From Hyphochytrium catenoides (Eukaryota > Protista > Hyphochytriomycota), in NCBI GenBank assembly GCA_900088475.1, contig FLMG01003683.1:1-35678 (forward strand): 35,678 nucleotides of DNA, in the 5' to 3' direction. Shown here one piece after another: positions 1 through 11,574 of this stretch. The number at the start of each line of letters is the position of its first letter. The stretch's first letter is position 1. The notes beneath the pieces were generated by a model. It was not told the DNA's origin. It did no database searches and worked only from the letters and a program-made list of their open reading frames with translations. The position numbers were made by a program, and so were the translations under genes.

Positions 1-736
1 GATAAGAAGTCTTGTTCTTTGATGAAGCAATATTATGGATCTTTTGCAAGATCTTGACAGATTCCCCTTAGAACGTGATTTTCAAAAAGACTGTCTCTGA
101 TGAGCGTCGTTCCCGAGTTCCCAGCATTTCTCCACAGGATGGCAGCGATTTCCGCAAATTATTTAATGATGATGATGATCCTGGATGACCCTTGTTATTG
201 GTCTCTTGATGATGATGATGGGGTTCCTTTATGCTCTGTTCTTGCTGTAGGTAGTGTGTAAGGGCCATAAGTACTGCAGCTTTATAGTGATTGTCGTAGG
301 AATCTTTCTTCTCGATCATTTCGCGAAGTAGAGCAAGCCTTCTTCTCGGCTCCCACAGAAATAGGCTAATGTCTTGTTCTTCATTTACCTTTGCCGATAA
401 GAAGGAGGAAAGAGGTAGTCACAATTTTGTTAGCGCTTCTCCTTTAAATTTCCAAGATTCTTCCAATTTGAGCTAAGCTTCCCTTCTTCTAGCAGTTCCT
501 ACGAGGTAGAAGTGAAATATGTTGTCAGCCACTGGCAACAAATGTTCTTCCCTTTCAAAGTGGCCCATGCCGTGATGAGGTGCCACGCCTTCTCTTCCGG
601 TGTCGAAGTAGAGTCTGTCGAAAGAAAACAGTTGTGTGCTAAACCTGCTCCTCACCTGTGTGGTGGTGGACCGCGGTCCCTTGAAGCGAGTGAAAACGGC
701 TGCACATCCGCCGCAGTTAGCGGCTCTCTTGGTTCT
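1..736 (-). pseudogene. Degenerate reading frame (pseudogene or decayed transposon ORF), product unknown
   Basis: ORFs 473..655 and 68..319 lie in the same minus-strand frame. That frame runs about 245 codons from 736 to the window edge with only 3 stops (TAG, TGA, TAA): ...RRREA*LKLEESWKFKGEALTKL*LPLSS...EMIEKK...KITF*GESVKILQK. No recognisable domain. Confidence 0.35.
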
Positions 737-2696
737 CTACTTGGTTGGCTTTCTTAGAGGTGCTATGGCTTTTTATCGCCTAGCCGTTAAAGACGCAAAC
801 GTGGATAACTGGGCCAATTACATTCTTGGTTAGTTGTTAAGTGAGTAGTGTGCGTGCATGTTCTATCTCTTGCCTGACATGCATGTACACTGTTCTTGGT
901 GAATTGTATAACTTTTGGTTTCCCCTACCCTCCTCGCAATGGATGGAGCGAAAAGTCATGTTTTGACCATGTGTTTGGCATGTGCGTTTGGCCCCTTTCT
1001 GGAGGGTTTTATGCTTTATTGATATAGTAGCCAGTGTCGAAGAGGTTTAATCCAGTTCAGTGGGACGTGGTACATCAGCCTTTTGTCCAGAGAGGTTCAT
1101 TGCTTTATCATGACCAGGGTAGAGACTAGGTAGTGGGTTTCTCCTCGCTGCAGTTCTTTGGCTCGTATACTTCTGCTTGAAGGGTACAAGAGGTTACCGT
1201 GATGATTTATCAGCATGATAATAATCCGACTTCCAGCAGCCACGGTAGAATGGATATACACAAATATAATCATCCAGCCCCAGCGACAGCCAGGTAGGTT
1301 TTGATGAGAGAATAATCCCATGATCTCCAGCAACTTTTAGTGCGCTTTTCGGGAACTGGCCATATAGTTATGACAGGTGCAGGAAGACCTTCTGACAATC
1401 CCCTGCAACAGTAGAGCGCGTTCATCCACAAGAAGGGACCGTCTGAGTTGTTGCCTAAACAACTAACTAAATAATAAGTTGGACCATTTTAGCGCAGAGT
1501 AATAAACAATAACCGGAAAGCGCACTACTAGACGTAAGTACGCTTTGCTTCATGACCTTTTATAATATACGATACCTACTATCGATCTGCCTCCTCAGAG
1601 AGACCGGCAATTTAAAGAGCGCTATCATGGTAAGCAGCTTCAGACATGACGAAGATCTCTTTATAAACCCCAGATGAAATACCGCACAACGAGGTGAGTC
1701 TTATTATTAGGAGCGTCCGAAGTGACAAATTCATGAAAGAAGGTGTCCAGTGCTGGCACACGGGTGCCTAACAGTACCGCTTTCTTCTTGTTGCAGGTGC
1801 GATTGCATCTGCTTTATGAGAATTACCTTTAGAGCGCGGCCAAGGGCCCACCACGCGACGCGCAAGCGGGCGGGGCTCGTAACTTGCTTACAAGTAGTTT
1901 ACGGTGTAGTATAAGCTTCCTACCGGTTCTACTGCTGGCCATGGGCAAACACCGTCCCTTATAGGTACGGAAGCGCAATATATAATAACAGTAGTGAGCC
2001 CATCGGAAAACGTTAATAGCAAACCATTCATACCACTACTTCTATTCGTACAAATAACATGTTCACAACAATAGTCAGTCCTCATTTGCCTTGCAGAATC
2101 AAGACAAGAGTCCTTCTTCTTCTTCCTTCTGATCAGGATTTTCATCAAAGCAACTACATTCAAAGCCAGAAGTGGGGCGGTGAAAAATGAGTGAGGATGT
2201 GAGCAAATGGGCAGAAGAAGGGCTGAAGAGTGTGCGGAACAATAGGCCAAGAAGAGAACATTAAGTTGAGGGGAAGACTGTAACAATCAAGGCCTTCTTC
2301 TCCAAATCCGCCCACCAGCGGCAATTGTCGGACCACCCAGAAAAAGACATGACGATAGGAAGCGCTGTCGCATGATAATAAAGCTCCTTCCTTGTCACTG
2401 ATTTAGAACTATCCTGCTTATTACTCCGTTCACGTTCGACAGGTACGAGTTGTAGCAGTAGTAGTTCTTCTAGTGAACTTCCATCTGCGGTGTAGACCTA
2501 CAGCTGTACACTCCCTGGCTCACCTTTCCCAGCTGAAAGTTTCGTGTTCTTCTCTCTGGTTTGGGAATCAAGAAATAGGCCGGCTGCCTACTGGGACAGG
2601 GGAAAGCTTCCACATGCGAAACCTTGCAAGAGCCGCACTCTATCTCCGTTACCGGCTCTCCTCGTCCATCCTCTTTTGTACGCAATAGACTTTTAG

Positions 2697-4639
2697 AGGC
2701 GGAAGACAGCGACGGAGGAGGAAGAAGAAACTTCGGCTGTCCAAGCTGGCGGCGGGAGGCGTCAGGGCGTGCAAGTCAATGGGGAAGCTGACAGCAAGAC
2801 CGTGCCAGGAGATCAGGACGGACGAAGAGAGAGCATTGAGAGAGAGTCATTGGAGCAGCCCTTCCAGAGAGACCGAGCCTTCATAATAGGCACAGATCCA
2901 CCCACCGCTGCTGCCGGACTATCGTCCACACTTGACAATAGTCTCCACCCCCTCGCCGCCGCCTCTGGCCGGCGAACTGCATCGGTGCCACAGCTTGGGA
3001 GCGCTACGTGGTGATAACCAGCCAAGGCGCCGGACTACATTTCCCAATTCTGAGCAGCTGCGAGCTGTCAGCTCAAGTAGAGGAGCTCAGAAGCGCTTGC
3101 CAAAGATGGAGCCCACTGTCTCACACCGTGCAGTTCCCGCGTCAAGTGAAGGTTCCAATCCTGCCATGGGTCGAGCCGTCCAGGCCCGGGAGACAGGCAC
3201 TCCAACCTTACCTCCTCGCTCTATTACGCCTCAGAGGAACCCCAATTTTCTCAACAGAGAGGACAGATTTCAGGATCGCCCGGCCCTGAGCCCACTGCCG
3301 ATAGACTCGTTCGCCAGGAGATTTTCCTCTTTGGACCCATCTCCTCTCAGGGGAGGAACGCCGGCAAGGGACCGATCGCCGCTCGTCAAGCTACAGACTG
3401 GCCCGACGATCCGCGTGCCCCGAAGAGTGAACACGGTAATAACAGCTCCTCCATTAAACTCCGCTTAGGGCTCTATCCATTGCCTAACCCTTTTTTGCCC
3501 TCTTTATTCTGATTATTGAAATCTTGCTGATGTTAGGAGGAAGCGGACGAGGCCATTCCTGAGACTAGGGTAAGGTTAGGAAGGAGGAAGCAACGGCGCC
3601 GCGAGAATGGTGAGACGTCAGCGCTTCGGTCGAGCTTCTCCTCTTAGCCTTCCTGCGCCGGCTCCTGCTAATCAAACATTATAGACCAGCATGCAGACCG
3701 CCGTGATCCTCAGGACGCCGACCGCGATCTTCAGGAGTTTATGGCCCTTAAAGTCGAGTGGAGATCTACTTTTGCAGAGATGTCAAAGGAGAAGAATAGA
3801 GAGAAACTGGAGATCTTTCGGAAAAACTTGGAACATCTCAGGTCTAAGAAGGAGTCGGCCGCCAAATGGGGTCGCAAGGACTGCTGGAAAGGTGTACTGT
3901 CTCTCCCTCTCCCTCTCTACTCCCCTTCCCTGTCTTCTAGCACAGGCGGAAAAACTAAAGTTTCCCATCGCTTGCTTGTAGAAGCGGAGCGGATGTACAT
4001 GGGCATAGAAAGTAGAGTTCGATCTCTTGTCGGCGCCTCGTTTGGCAAGTTTTCCAGCTTTCTTTTTGCTGTTGAAACTCTTCTCCAGGACTTTATGAAG
4101 GTATAGACAACCTCCGACCTTTACCTTAAGAGTCGCTGCCGCAGTGGTCATCCCTCGTTGCTCTTTCGCTTCGTTGCATGTCCTTCATGCTAATACAATC
4201 TATCAGGAGGATGTGGAGAGCTCTCTGGCAGGTCATGGCGCCGCACTGGAGGATGCATTAACGGGACCCTTGATTGCTGAGACTCGCCAGCCCAAGGGGA
4301 GGAGAGTGAAAGTCTTGAAAGTACCGCTAGTGGACNNNNNNNNNNNNNNNNNNNNNNNNNNNNNNNNNNNNNNNNNNNNNNNNNNNNNNNNNNNNNNNNN
4401 NNNNNNNNNNNNNNNNNNNNNNNGGATTGCAGACGACGGGGCCGTTCGTGGAGGTTTGGACGTCCCCGCATGTAGAGTACAAGCCGAACATCTCTCTTTG
4501 CGCTTTCCTCATCGCTACGCGACCTGGGACGGCGGAAGCGTTGCATTCGAGAGAGCGACTGGAGTATCTAATTGTAGACCCCTCGCCCTCGCCTAAAGCT
4601 ACCAGCCGTGCTGAGGAAGAGTTCGTGTTTGTGGAGTGA
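2697..4639 (+). CDS. R3HDM4: R3H domain-containing protein 4-like (R3H-associated N-terminal motif plus R3H domain); 5' end unresolved, R3H core in an N gap
   Basis: Exons about 2697-2984, 3058-3435, 3537-3609, 3685-3891, 3982-4100 and 4207-(gap)-4639 splice in frame at GT-AG sites. Peptides GRRKQRRRENDQH, EAERMYMGIESRVRSLV, FLFAVETLLQDFM, KVPLVD[gap] and FVEVWTSPHVEYKPNISLCAFL match in order the R3HDM4 pattern (GxRRxxRxEN; F..I..R.R..L; le..E..L..F; L.ns.eRLllH; V........p...Ls.yL). Confidence 0.7.
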
Positions 4640-4881
4640 AGTGGAGGATCAAAGAGCATGGGGAAGAGCGAAGAGGATGCAGGTCAATGAAAGCAGACAA
4701 GGTCTAACTAGTAACATACTGGGGAGGTGATTTTGGTGCCTCCTGAGATGGAAGGCATTATAACGAGAGAGAGGGACAAGGAGATGAATATAACGAAAGT
4801 GAAGACGTGTGAATAAGATTAGGTTTCCGTGTGACAAGTTGTCTCTATGGGGTCGCTGCCGCTCTGTCACTTTCGCACCGT

Positions 4882-7800
4882 TCAAGGCACAGAACCGTCT
4901 TCATAAAGGTGGCCAAACAAATTCTCTCTGAGCTCTAAGAGCGACGTTTTGCGTTCCCTAATCATGCTTCTCAAAGGCTCGCCTCCAAGCTGGAAGTTGA
5001 CGATCTCTTCCCTGTACTTGTTCACCTCCTTGGACCATGCTTGAGCCGCATCATGAGGGGTCCTAAGTGGTGGGACCCAGTCAAAGACGTTGATGTTTGG
5101 ATCAAACGAGATTCTCTTCTTCTCGGTTGTCGTCCTGTCCTTTTCTACCTCTTTCGGTGTGGAAGGCTCAAGAGAAGAGACTTCTACCTCCTTGTCCGCC
5201 CTCTTTGCCGGCTCCGTTTCACGCTGGCCGGTTAAGGGGCCGCTTTTGGGTCCGTTTTGCTGGGCTATCGTCCAACGCGCCTGCAAATGACTCAAAACGC
5301 TCTCTGTCTCTCTCTCGCCCAATATCTTTTGGTACGCGAGCACCTCGCCTATGAGACCTGTAAAGGGCTCTTCGCAGCCTGGCGCTCCCCCAAGCGCTGT
5401 TCCTGTCTTAAGTGAGAACGGAGAGGGGTCCAAGGCTTCTGTCGCAGTCAAGGAAGGGCCGTCGGCAACGATTAGTCTTGGCTATGGGTCCGGACAGACG
5501 AGCAATGGCAGTCTTGAGGTCAGTCTTCATCTGCAGTAGATGTCCTTCGGGGGTCTCTCTCTCTCTCTCTTTCACACACACACACACACATACACTCTGT
5601 CTCTCTCTCTCTCTTGCTTTCTTCCTCCTCTCTCTCTCTCTTGCGGTAGATCCGTTTCTACCCTTCGGACTTGCTTTTCCTGCTGCCCATGACACTGCTT
5701 GCCCAATCTCAGTGAGTCGTCGTATGCACTACTACTGCACTGCTAAGATGTATCTCTTGTATCTCTTGGTCTCACCTTCTCTTCTATGTGATACCCCAAG
5801 ATAATAGGCTCTCCGGCGGAGAAGGCAGTGCTGCTCTAGAAGTGTTTCAGTTCAGAAGAAGTCTCCACAGGACGTTAGGTTCGAGGTCTTCTTACCTTGA
5901 AGGAAGTGAGTGAGCTGCCCTTGAAGACTGGGACTCCGTCTACGAAGAGGATGTGACCCGAAGGGTAATGACCAAATATGGGGTTGGACGACTGTCGAGA
6001 CCGAAAGGCTTAGGCTCGCACTCTGACATTGTCAAATGAGGGGAGAACAGTTTCCTACCCCGCGTGAAGGGACCGTCACAGCTAAGAAGACTGACATGTT
6101 TGAGCGAAGCCTCAGCTCCGAGTTAAAGGCGCAAGAGAAGGAGACAAAGTGTCTACGAGTGGCCGGGTCTGTAACGAGGGAAGCGAAAGCCTGCAGAGAC
6201 AAGAGAGTGGCGCTCAGCGGTCTACCGTAGCCTTGATATATCTATGCATATACAAATAGATAGAGGCACAAGAGAAGAGCGACGGGGTAAACTTTGTGGA
6301 CGACCCTTACCTTTCCTCCAGAGTTCTGCTGCTGCTGCTGCTGCAGAGTGGACGGGCTAAAGTCGTTGCCCAGATTCGACTGGTCGTTCCATCTGCAAAC
6401 CAATAGTAAGGACGGAGGTTCTTGTAAAATGACCAGCAAGCTCTCTCCGTCTCCCTCCCTCTCTCTCTCTGTCTCTCTCTCTCCCTCTCTCTCTCTCCTT
6501 TCTTTTGATCTTCTGAGATCCTCAGTCAGTGACCCTCACTCCTTACGACAAAATCTTCACTATCCTTCTAAATCATCACTATCCTTCTAACTTCACGTAT
6601 TGTCACGGTCCAAAGGTTCCCGCTCATTTCCATGACCTCGCCATATTGGACGACGAGGAATTAGGCTCTGAATACCTAAGGATGGAGCAGCCTGGAACGT
6701 CTTCTAAACCAGGAGCTGAGCAAGCTCCGGGATTATCAAAGACTAATCCTGCGTCTGTCCTTAGCCACAGGGCCAGATGGCCTAGGAGGTTAAGTCGTGC
6801 CGGTCACATTTAGAGCCACTCAGGGGAGAAGAGAAGACGAGGAGAGTGTACTTACAGGCCTCGGGAACCTCTCCCTGATCAGGACACTTGGTCTCCAGAG
6901 CTGTGAAGAGGTTGACGACCAGGTGTCAAGACCGAACAGAGTTTCACCATCGAAAGAAAAGTTGATAGACACAGAGGTTAGAAAATATATGGAGAAGAAG
7001 GATGAGGAGGAGGCAAAATGAGGCGAAAAGTGAGGCGCCTACCTGGTAATCCTGGGAGAGGCTTGACGGCAGCAGCAGGCGCCTGATCGAGAATTGGCGA
7101 TGGCGGGCTGCCCTCATTTCTGACTTCTTCTGACTTCTGAGTGACCACAGGCGGTGCTCCCTCTGTAGCTGTATCCTCTCCGCTCGGCGGGGCCTCTATT
7201 TCTGGCTTTGCGGTAGGAATGTCTTCGGTCTTCTCTTTCCTTTCTTCCGTAGGGCGGCCGTCAGAGGGCGCAGGTGTCGGGGAAGGAGGCGGTTCAGCTG
7301 GCGGTATGCTCTCTGTACTGCCAGGAGGCTCTGGTTCCTCCGGGGTCGATCCCTGGGTCACCGCAGGGCTTCTATGAGATGGAGCTTTGGCCGTCTGGGT
7401 CTGTGAAGGCGCTGACGGCGTAATGGGCTCGGCTGGAGTAGGAGATGGCTGGGGTGCTTCACTAGCTGGTGGAGGCTCCACTGCCGCATGTTCTTCAGAA
7501 TGGAGAACGGAGGGAGAGACTTCAACAGTGTCCTCTTCACGCACAGCTCCTGGCGAAGACTGGTCAGGAAGGCTCTCTTCTACTAGCGCCACGTCCCGCG
7601 CCTTCATTGTCGCCAGCATTGCCCTAAGAGAATGCAGCTGCTCCCCTTCAAGCACGAGCCAAGCCAAGCCCAGGCCCAGCAGCAGCAGCAGCGCCAAATG
7701 CCACCTACGAGGTCTGATTGTCAGTTGGGGCTCTGTCAGTGAAAGGAAGGAAGCGATTCACCTGCTTATCCTTCTCCTGGCGTCCTTCTTCTTCCCGTAC

Positions 7801-7904
7801 TTGTTCTCCGATTCGTCCTCCTCCTGCTGTACCAGTCGATCCTGCTCCTCCTGTCGCCCCTCAGGCTGCACCGAGAGATGCGCTCGCTTCTTTGATGTCG
7901 CCAT
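4882..7904 (-). CDS. Type II membrane protein: N-terminal TM anchor, Pro/Glu/Ser/Thr-rich stalk, LamG/concanavalin-A-like jellyroll domain, helical C-terminal module
   Basis: Nine exons (7904-7762, 7704-7043, ~6900-6857, ~6781-6678, ~6392-6312, ~6241-6059, ~5992-5897, ~5835-5776, 5481-4882) join in frame. A basic stretch RRRISR precedes the TM segment WHLALLLLLGLGLAWLVL. Domain motifs: LALWLRTDAGL...ILRWNDQSNLGNDF and ALGGAPGCEEPFTGLIGEVLAYQKILGERETESVLSHLQARW. Confidence 0.75.
5555..5640. repeat. Compound (CT)n/(CA)n microsatellite in the last intron of the LamG gene
   Basis: Visible tctctc...cacacacaca...tctctc tract. Confidence 0.9.
6326..6345 (-). repeat. (CAG)6 trinucleotide repeat encoding polyQ in a loop of the LamG-like domain
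   Basis: ctgctgctgctgctgctgc on the plus strand; translates as TLQQQQQQNSGGK. Confidence 0.8.
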
Positions 7905-8139
7905 CGCTCTCTCTCCTGTAAAAAAGCTCGTCTGAAGGTCACATGCGGCGACCGAGGTGATGACGACGAAGAGACTGTACGACACGCGCGAAAGTGAAAG
8001 GGTGAAGAATTTGACGTGGATATTGCTGTGAAAGACAGACTCTCTGAGAGAAGAGTGACTGAGAGAGAAAGATAGATGAAAGATGCTTTATCCAAGAGCG
8101 AAGAGAGATCTTGGGCAAAAGGAGGCGGAGGCGGACACG

Positions 8140-8141
<2 letters not shown>

Positions 8142-8195
<54 letters not shown>

Positions 8196-8201
8196 AGAGA
8201 G
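8142..8201. repeat. (GA)n microsatellite, intergenic
   Basis: Near-perfect GA run of about 60 bp. Confidence 0.95.
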
Positions 8202-8725
8202 AAGGAGAAGGAAGAGAAAGACTATCTCCAACTCTTCTGCAACGTTTCGTTACGAGCAGCCCCACTGATGCTAGCCGGTACCGGCTACATCTTATTATGA
8301 TTTCTTCCTTTCTGACCGCGGCTATAAAGTCTAATAATTAACTTAACAGGTCTCTGTGTCGAAGTCCGGAGCCCGACGAAGGAGCTCACGCACTTACTCT
8401 CAGAGAAGCATCAGCGGTGGAGAGCACTATCCTAAGGGCAAAGTTCAAGCTCGGACGGAGGATGTGGAGACACACGCAGGGCGACAGTGTTAGATAGCTA
8501 TAAAAGCAAAGGTTACCGCAAGCTGAAGAAGAAGAAGAGACGTCCGCTACGATTGGCCAGGAAGTCAGGGGAGGAAAGCGGATGCCCGCGACGTGACGCA
8601 GCTGAAACGACCTTTGACAACCGCCACACAAAAACCTTTACCAGCAGACATAAGCCGCGATGTCTGTAGGTGGCCGCTCCCACTGTTTGAGCTCGTGAGC
8701 CCCTACGGTAGATTGATACTAACAG

Positions 8726-10630
8726 CTAGACCATCGTGCTCCGATGCGCCAACAACTTCAGTAAGGCCTGCCTCTCAACCCTTTCAGATGCCTGGCGCTT
8801 TTCGCGAAGCTTGTCTCTCCATTCACTCTCAAGTCTTTCCAGCTCTGCTCTCTCTTCCTGTAGCTTCAGCCAGCCTTGCTCTAGCACTTTTCGTCTCTCC
8901 CGTTCCTCGCTGTCAAACTTCCATCGTTCTTCCTTCTCCTTGCACTCCGCGTCCCAGCGCGTCTCTTCCAGCTCCGATATTCTGTGCAGTAGCCTCAACT
9001 CCTCAGAGCCGTCATGCTCTTGGTGGTCCTCTCCATTCCCGTCCGGAGCTCTGCCAGTAGCGCATCATGTCAGCTAAACCTCCTATTGAACATTTTAGCA
9101 CTTCCCTACCTTAAACTAGTGCTTCGCCGTCTCTTCAGTCCTCTGAAGCCTGTACAGGAGGAAGGCAGAGAGATGAGGGCTAGGCAAGGATGAAGAGGTA
9201 TAAGGGCAAGAACAAAGGGCCATACAAGAGGCGAGGAACATAGGGAGCCAGACGAATCAAAGCTGGAAGAGGACGCACATCAAGCGAAAGGAGGGTGATG
9301 GAGGGAAGGAGAGACTCTGCTCAAGGTCTATCAGCATTAGCTTACGCTTTACCTTCTCCGGCTGTGCTATCATCCTAACAATGCGCGGTTGGGACCCAAG
9401 TGAGCGCGAGGGAACAGCAAAAGAGAGGGAATGGTCAAGACAGAGCCCAACAATACGTTTTGTATCGGGACGAGACGTCGTCACTCGGCAAGAGAAGATC
9501 AAAGGCAGATGGCAATGAAGCGAAGTACTAATGTAAGGTAAACCTTGGTGCACATCTAAAAAAAGACAGAGAAAATGCGGTCCAAGGATTGCCTGAAAGG
9601 TTGAAATGAAGAAAGATATTTCATATTGGCGATCCGCCTGAGATCAGAGGAGTGCCGGATAGAAAAAAAGGATACGAAGACCAAACTGTCCTCCAGCAAG
9701 ATTGCTTCCTACCAAGGGCCGTCCATCCCCCTCCAAAGCATTAAAGATCTGGTCCAGCAGGCGCTGTTTCTCCGTCAGCTCTGAGGAGTTTCCGGACTGT
9801 CGGTGGCTGGTAAGGCGGTCTTCTCGGAAGGCGTCCATCAGCGCCTTTGCCCTATCTCGGCAGCGGCGAGCATCAACCTGAAATCCCTCTTCTTGCAAAG
9901 AACCTGCGATCTTCTGCCACGTCTGATGGACGGTCCCATAGCCTTTTTGATAAGGAGATTCCCTAAGAACTGGTAAGCCAAAGAAGGACAGAGCGTGAGG
10001 CACCACCCAAACAGCAGAAGTCTCGAAGACAAGGACACATCAAAAAAAGAGAAATAAGCGGGATGGGAACGATAGAGGGAAACAGCTAGCTTTAGACAAG
10101 GCTTCCAGAGGATAGCCAGGAAGCTAAGAAGGCATGAATAATAGGACAGAGAGGGGACCATGGCTCTCACCTGCTTGCAAGAGCTTTATGTCATACTCCG
10201 CCTTGAAGTGCACCCTACCCCTGCGGTTCTTGCCATTGGCACTCCTTTGCTGCTCTTCTGAGAAAGGAGCTCCGTTCTCGTCGAAAGCTACAGAATGGTA
10301 ATTGGAAAGGTTAGTGTTGCTTGAAGCTTCCGCCAGGACCTGATGATGCTATAGTCACGTACAGGGAGGCGCGTTCTCTTCCATTAAAGACGAAGTAGGA
10401 GTTGCAGCATCGATACTCCTGCACTGCGCCCCTCTTACTCCTGCTAGAGTGACACCTCTGGAAGTGGCGATCAATAGGGAGTCCTTCGGCCAGCGCCGTT
10501 CAATTTATAGAGCTCGAAGAAAGGTCGGCATGGATGCAGTGGGATATAGTGTTACGTAGCAATCTTCCTTCAACTTGACGGGCTTACTTGGAGCAGAGGC
10601 TCGATCTGGGGAGGCTCTCTGGATCTCCAT
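8726..10630 (-). CDS. Myb/SANT-like (trihelix-type) DNA-binding protein with C-terminal coiled coil
   Basis: Exons 10630-10588, 10287-~10171, ~9970-~9690, ~9149-9110 and ~9050-8726 (the donor of exon 3 is uncertain). Spliced domain: RVHFKAEYDIKLLQAVLRESPYQKGYGTVHQTWQKIAGSLQEEGFQVDARRCRDRAKALMDAFREDRLTSHRQSGNSSELTEKQRLLDQI (F-W-C.DR pattern). Also an NLS-like KRRR and an E/R/K-rich coiled coil. Confidence 0.8.
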
Positions 10631-11036
10631 GAAGGCAGCCAGCAGCTGGGCACAGCGTTCTCTTGCTAAACCTTCACGCTCTGCTGCTCCGCTGGGCGCT
10701 GGTGTTACCTCGGACCTCGGAGTTCTAGGTTCTACGAGTAGGTCTATAGGCGCGGGCGCCGCACTTTTTGAGTTTGGTTTCTTGTTGCTTCACTTTGTAC
10801 TCTTTCAAACCGTAATAAACGGTCTCAGGAACGGAATATTGAGAAAGTTTACAGATTTGTGCTGGGAGAGAGGATGCGGTGTAACGACCGCCCCGCCCCG
10901 GTCGGCAAGTCAATCACCTGCAGGGAGGAGGTTAGCGCCCGCCGATGGATGGCACCGCAGAGTGAGAGGCACAGAGTGGCAGGGGAGAGACAAGCAGCAG
11001 GAATGTCAGCCTGATGAGGCAGGACGAAAGGCCAAA

Positions 11037-11066
11037 GGAGAGAGAGAGAGAGAGAAAAAGAGAGAA

Positions 11067-11101
<35 letters not shown>

Positions 11102-11123
11102 TGAGAGAGAGAAAGAAAGAAAG

Positions 11124-11150
<27 letters not shown>
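11037..11150. repeat. Long imperfect (GA)n microsatellite continuing as purine-rich sequence to about 11410
   Basis: Visible tract between the divergent trihelix and NT-C2 genes. Confidence 0.9.
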
Positions 11151-11158
<8 letters not shown>

Positions 11159-11574
11159 TTGAGGCTGTGGAGGAGTGAGGAAGAGGGAGAGAGTGGAAAG
11201 ATAGAGGCGAGAGAGAGGAGAAGAGGTACGTAGAACAAATATGAGAGAGGAAGAGAGAGAGCCCAGGTGGAGCAAGTGAAAAAGACTAAGAGAGTGGAGA
11301 TAAAGAAGACGAAGAAGTGTAACGAGATGGAAGAGAGAGACAGGGAGAGATAAAGTTTTATACAGAAGGCTAGAAAGGTAAGAGAAGAGGGAAAGAGAGG
11401 AAGAGGAGCTGGAGCATAACTCGTCAGTAGCAGGAGATAAGGGAAGGATCAAGCGTCTGGGATGGATTAAGCCAGAAAGTGCGCTGCATCCTGTCGACAT
11501 CAATATCGCTAGTCTGTCTGCACCCACTTCCCTCCCGTTCGACTAGGCTAAACGTCCTTATTGCCCGCGTCATC

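Noticed and set aside
1-736. Stop-codon reassignment as the explanation for the interrupted frame
   Set aside because: All three stop types occur in the frame, and intact genes end in TAG (YIP1), TAA (CEP192-like, Ca-ATPase) and TGA (EEIG1-like, kinase) with no internal stops.
740-2690. Possible gene, transposon end or R3HDM4 5' exons (ORFs 1097-1333, 1888-2286, 2473-2688; GC-rich patch at 1830-1880)
   Set aside because: No motif, terminal repeat or consistent splice path could be established.
7141-7935. Long antisense ORFs over real exons (also 13307-13705, 18733-19089, 19963-20289, 29226-29840)
   Set aside because: They are shadows of the coding strand with no motifs of their own.
7939-8341. 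ORFs rich in ERERER or LSLSLS (also near 10849-11527, 22895-23218, 30486-31500, 32685-32873 and 34049-35533)
   Set aside because: They are translations of GA/CT microsatellites, which lack stop codons in any frame.
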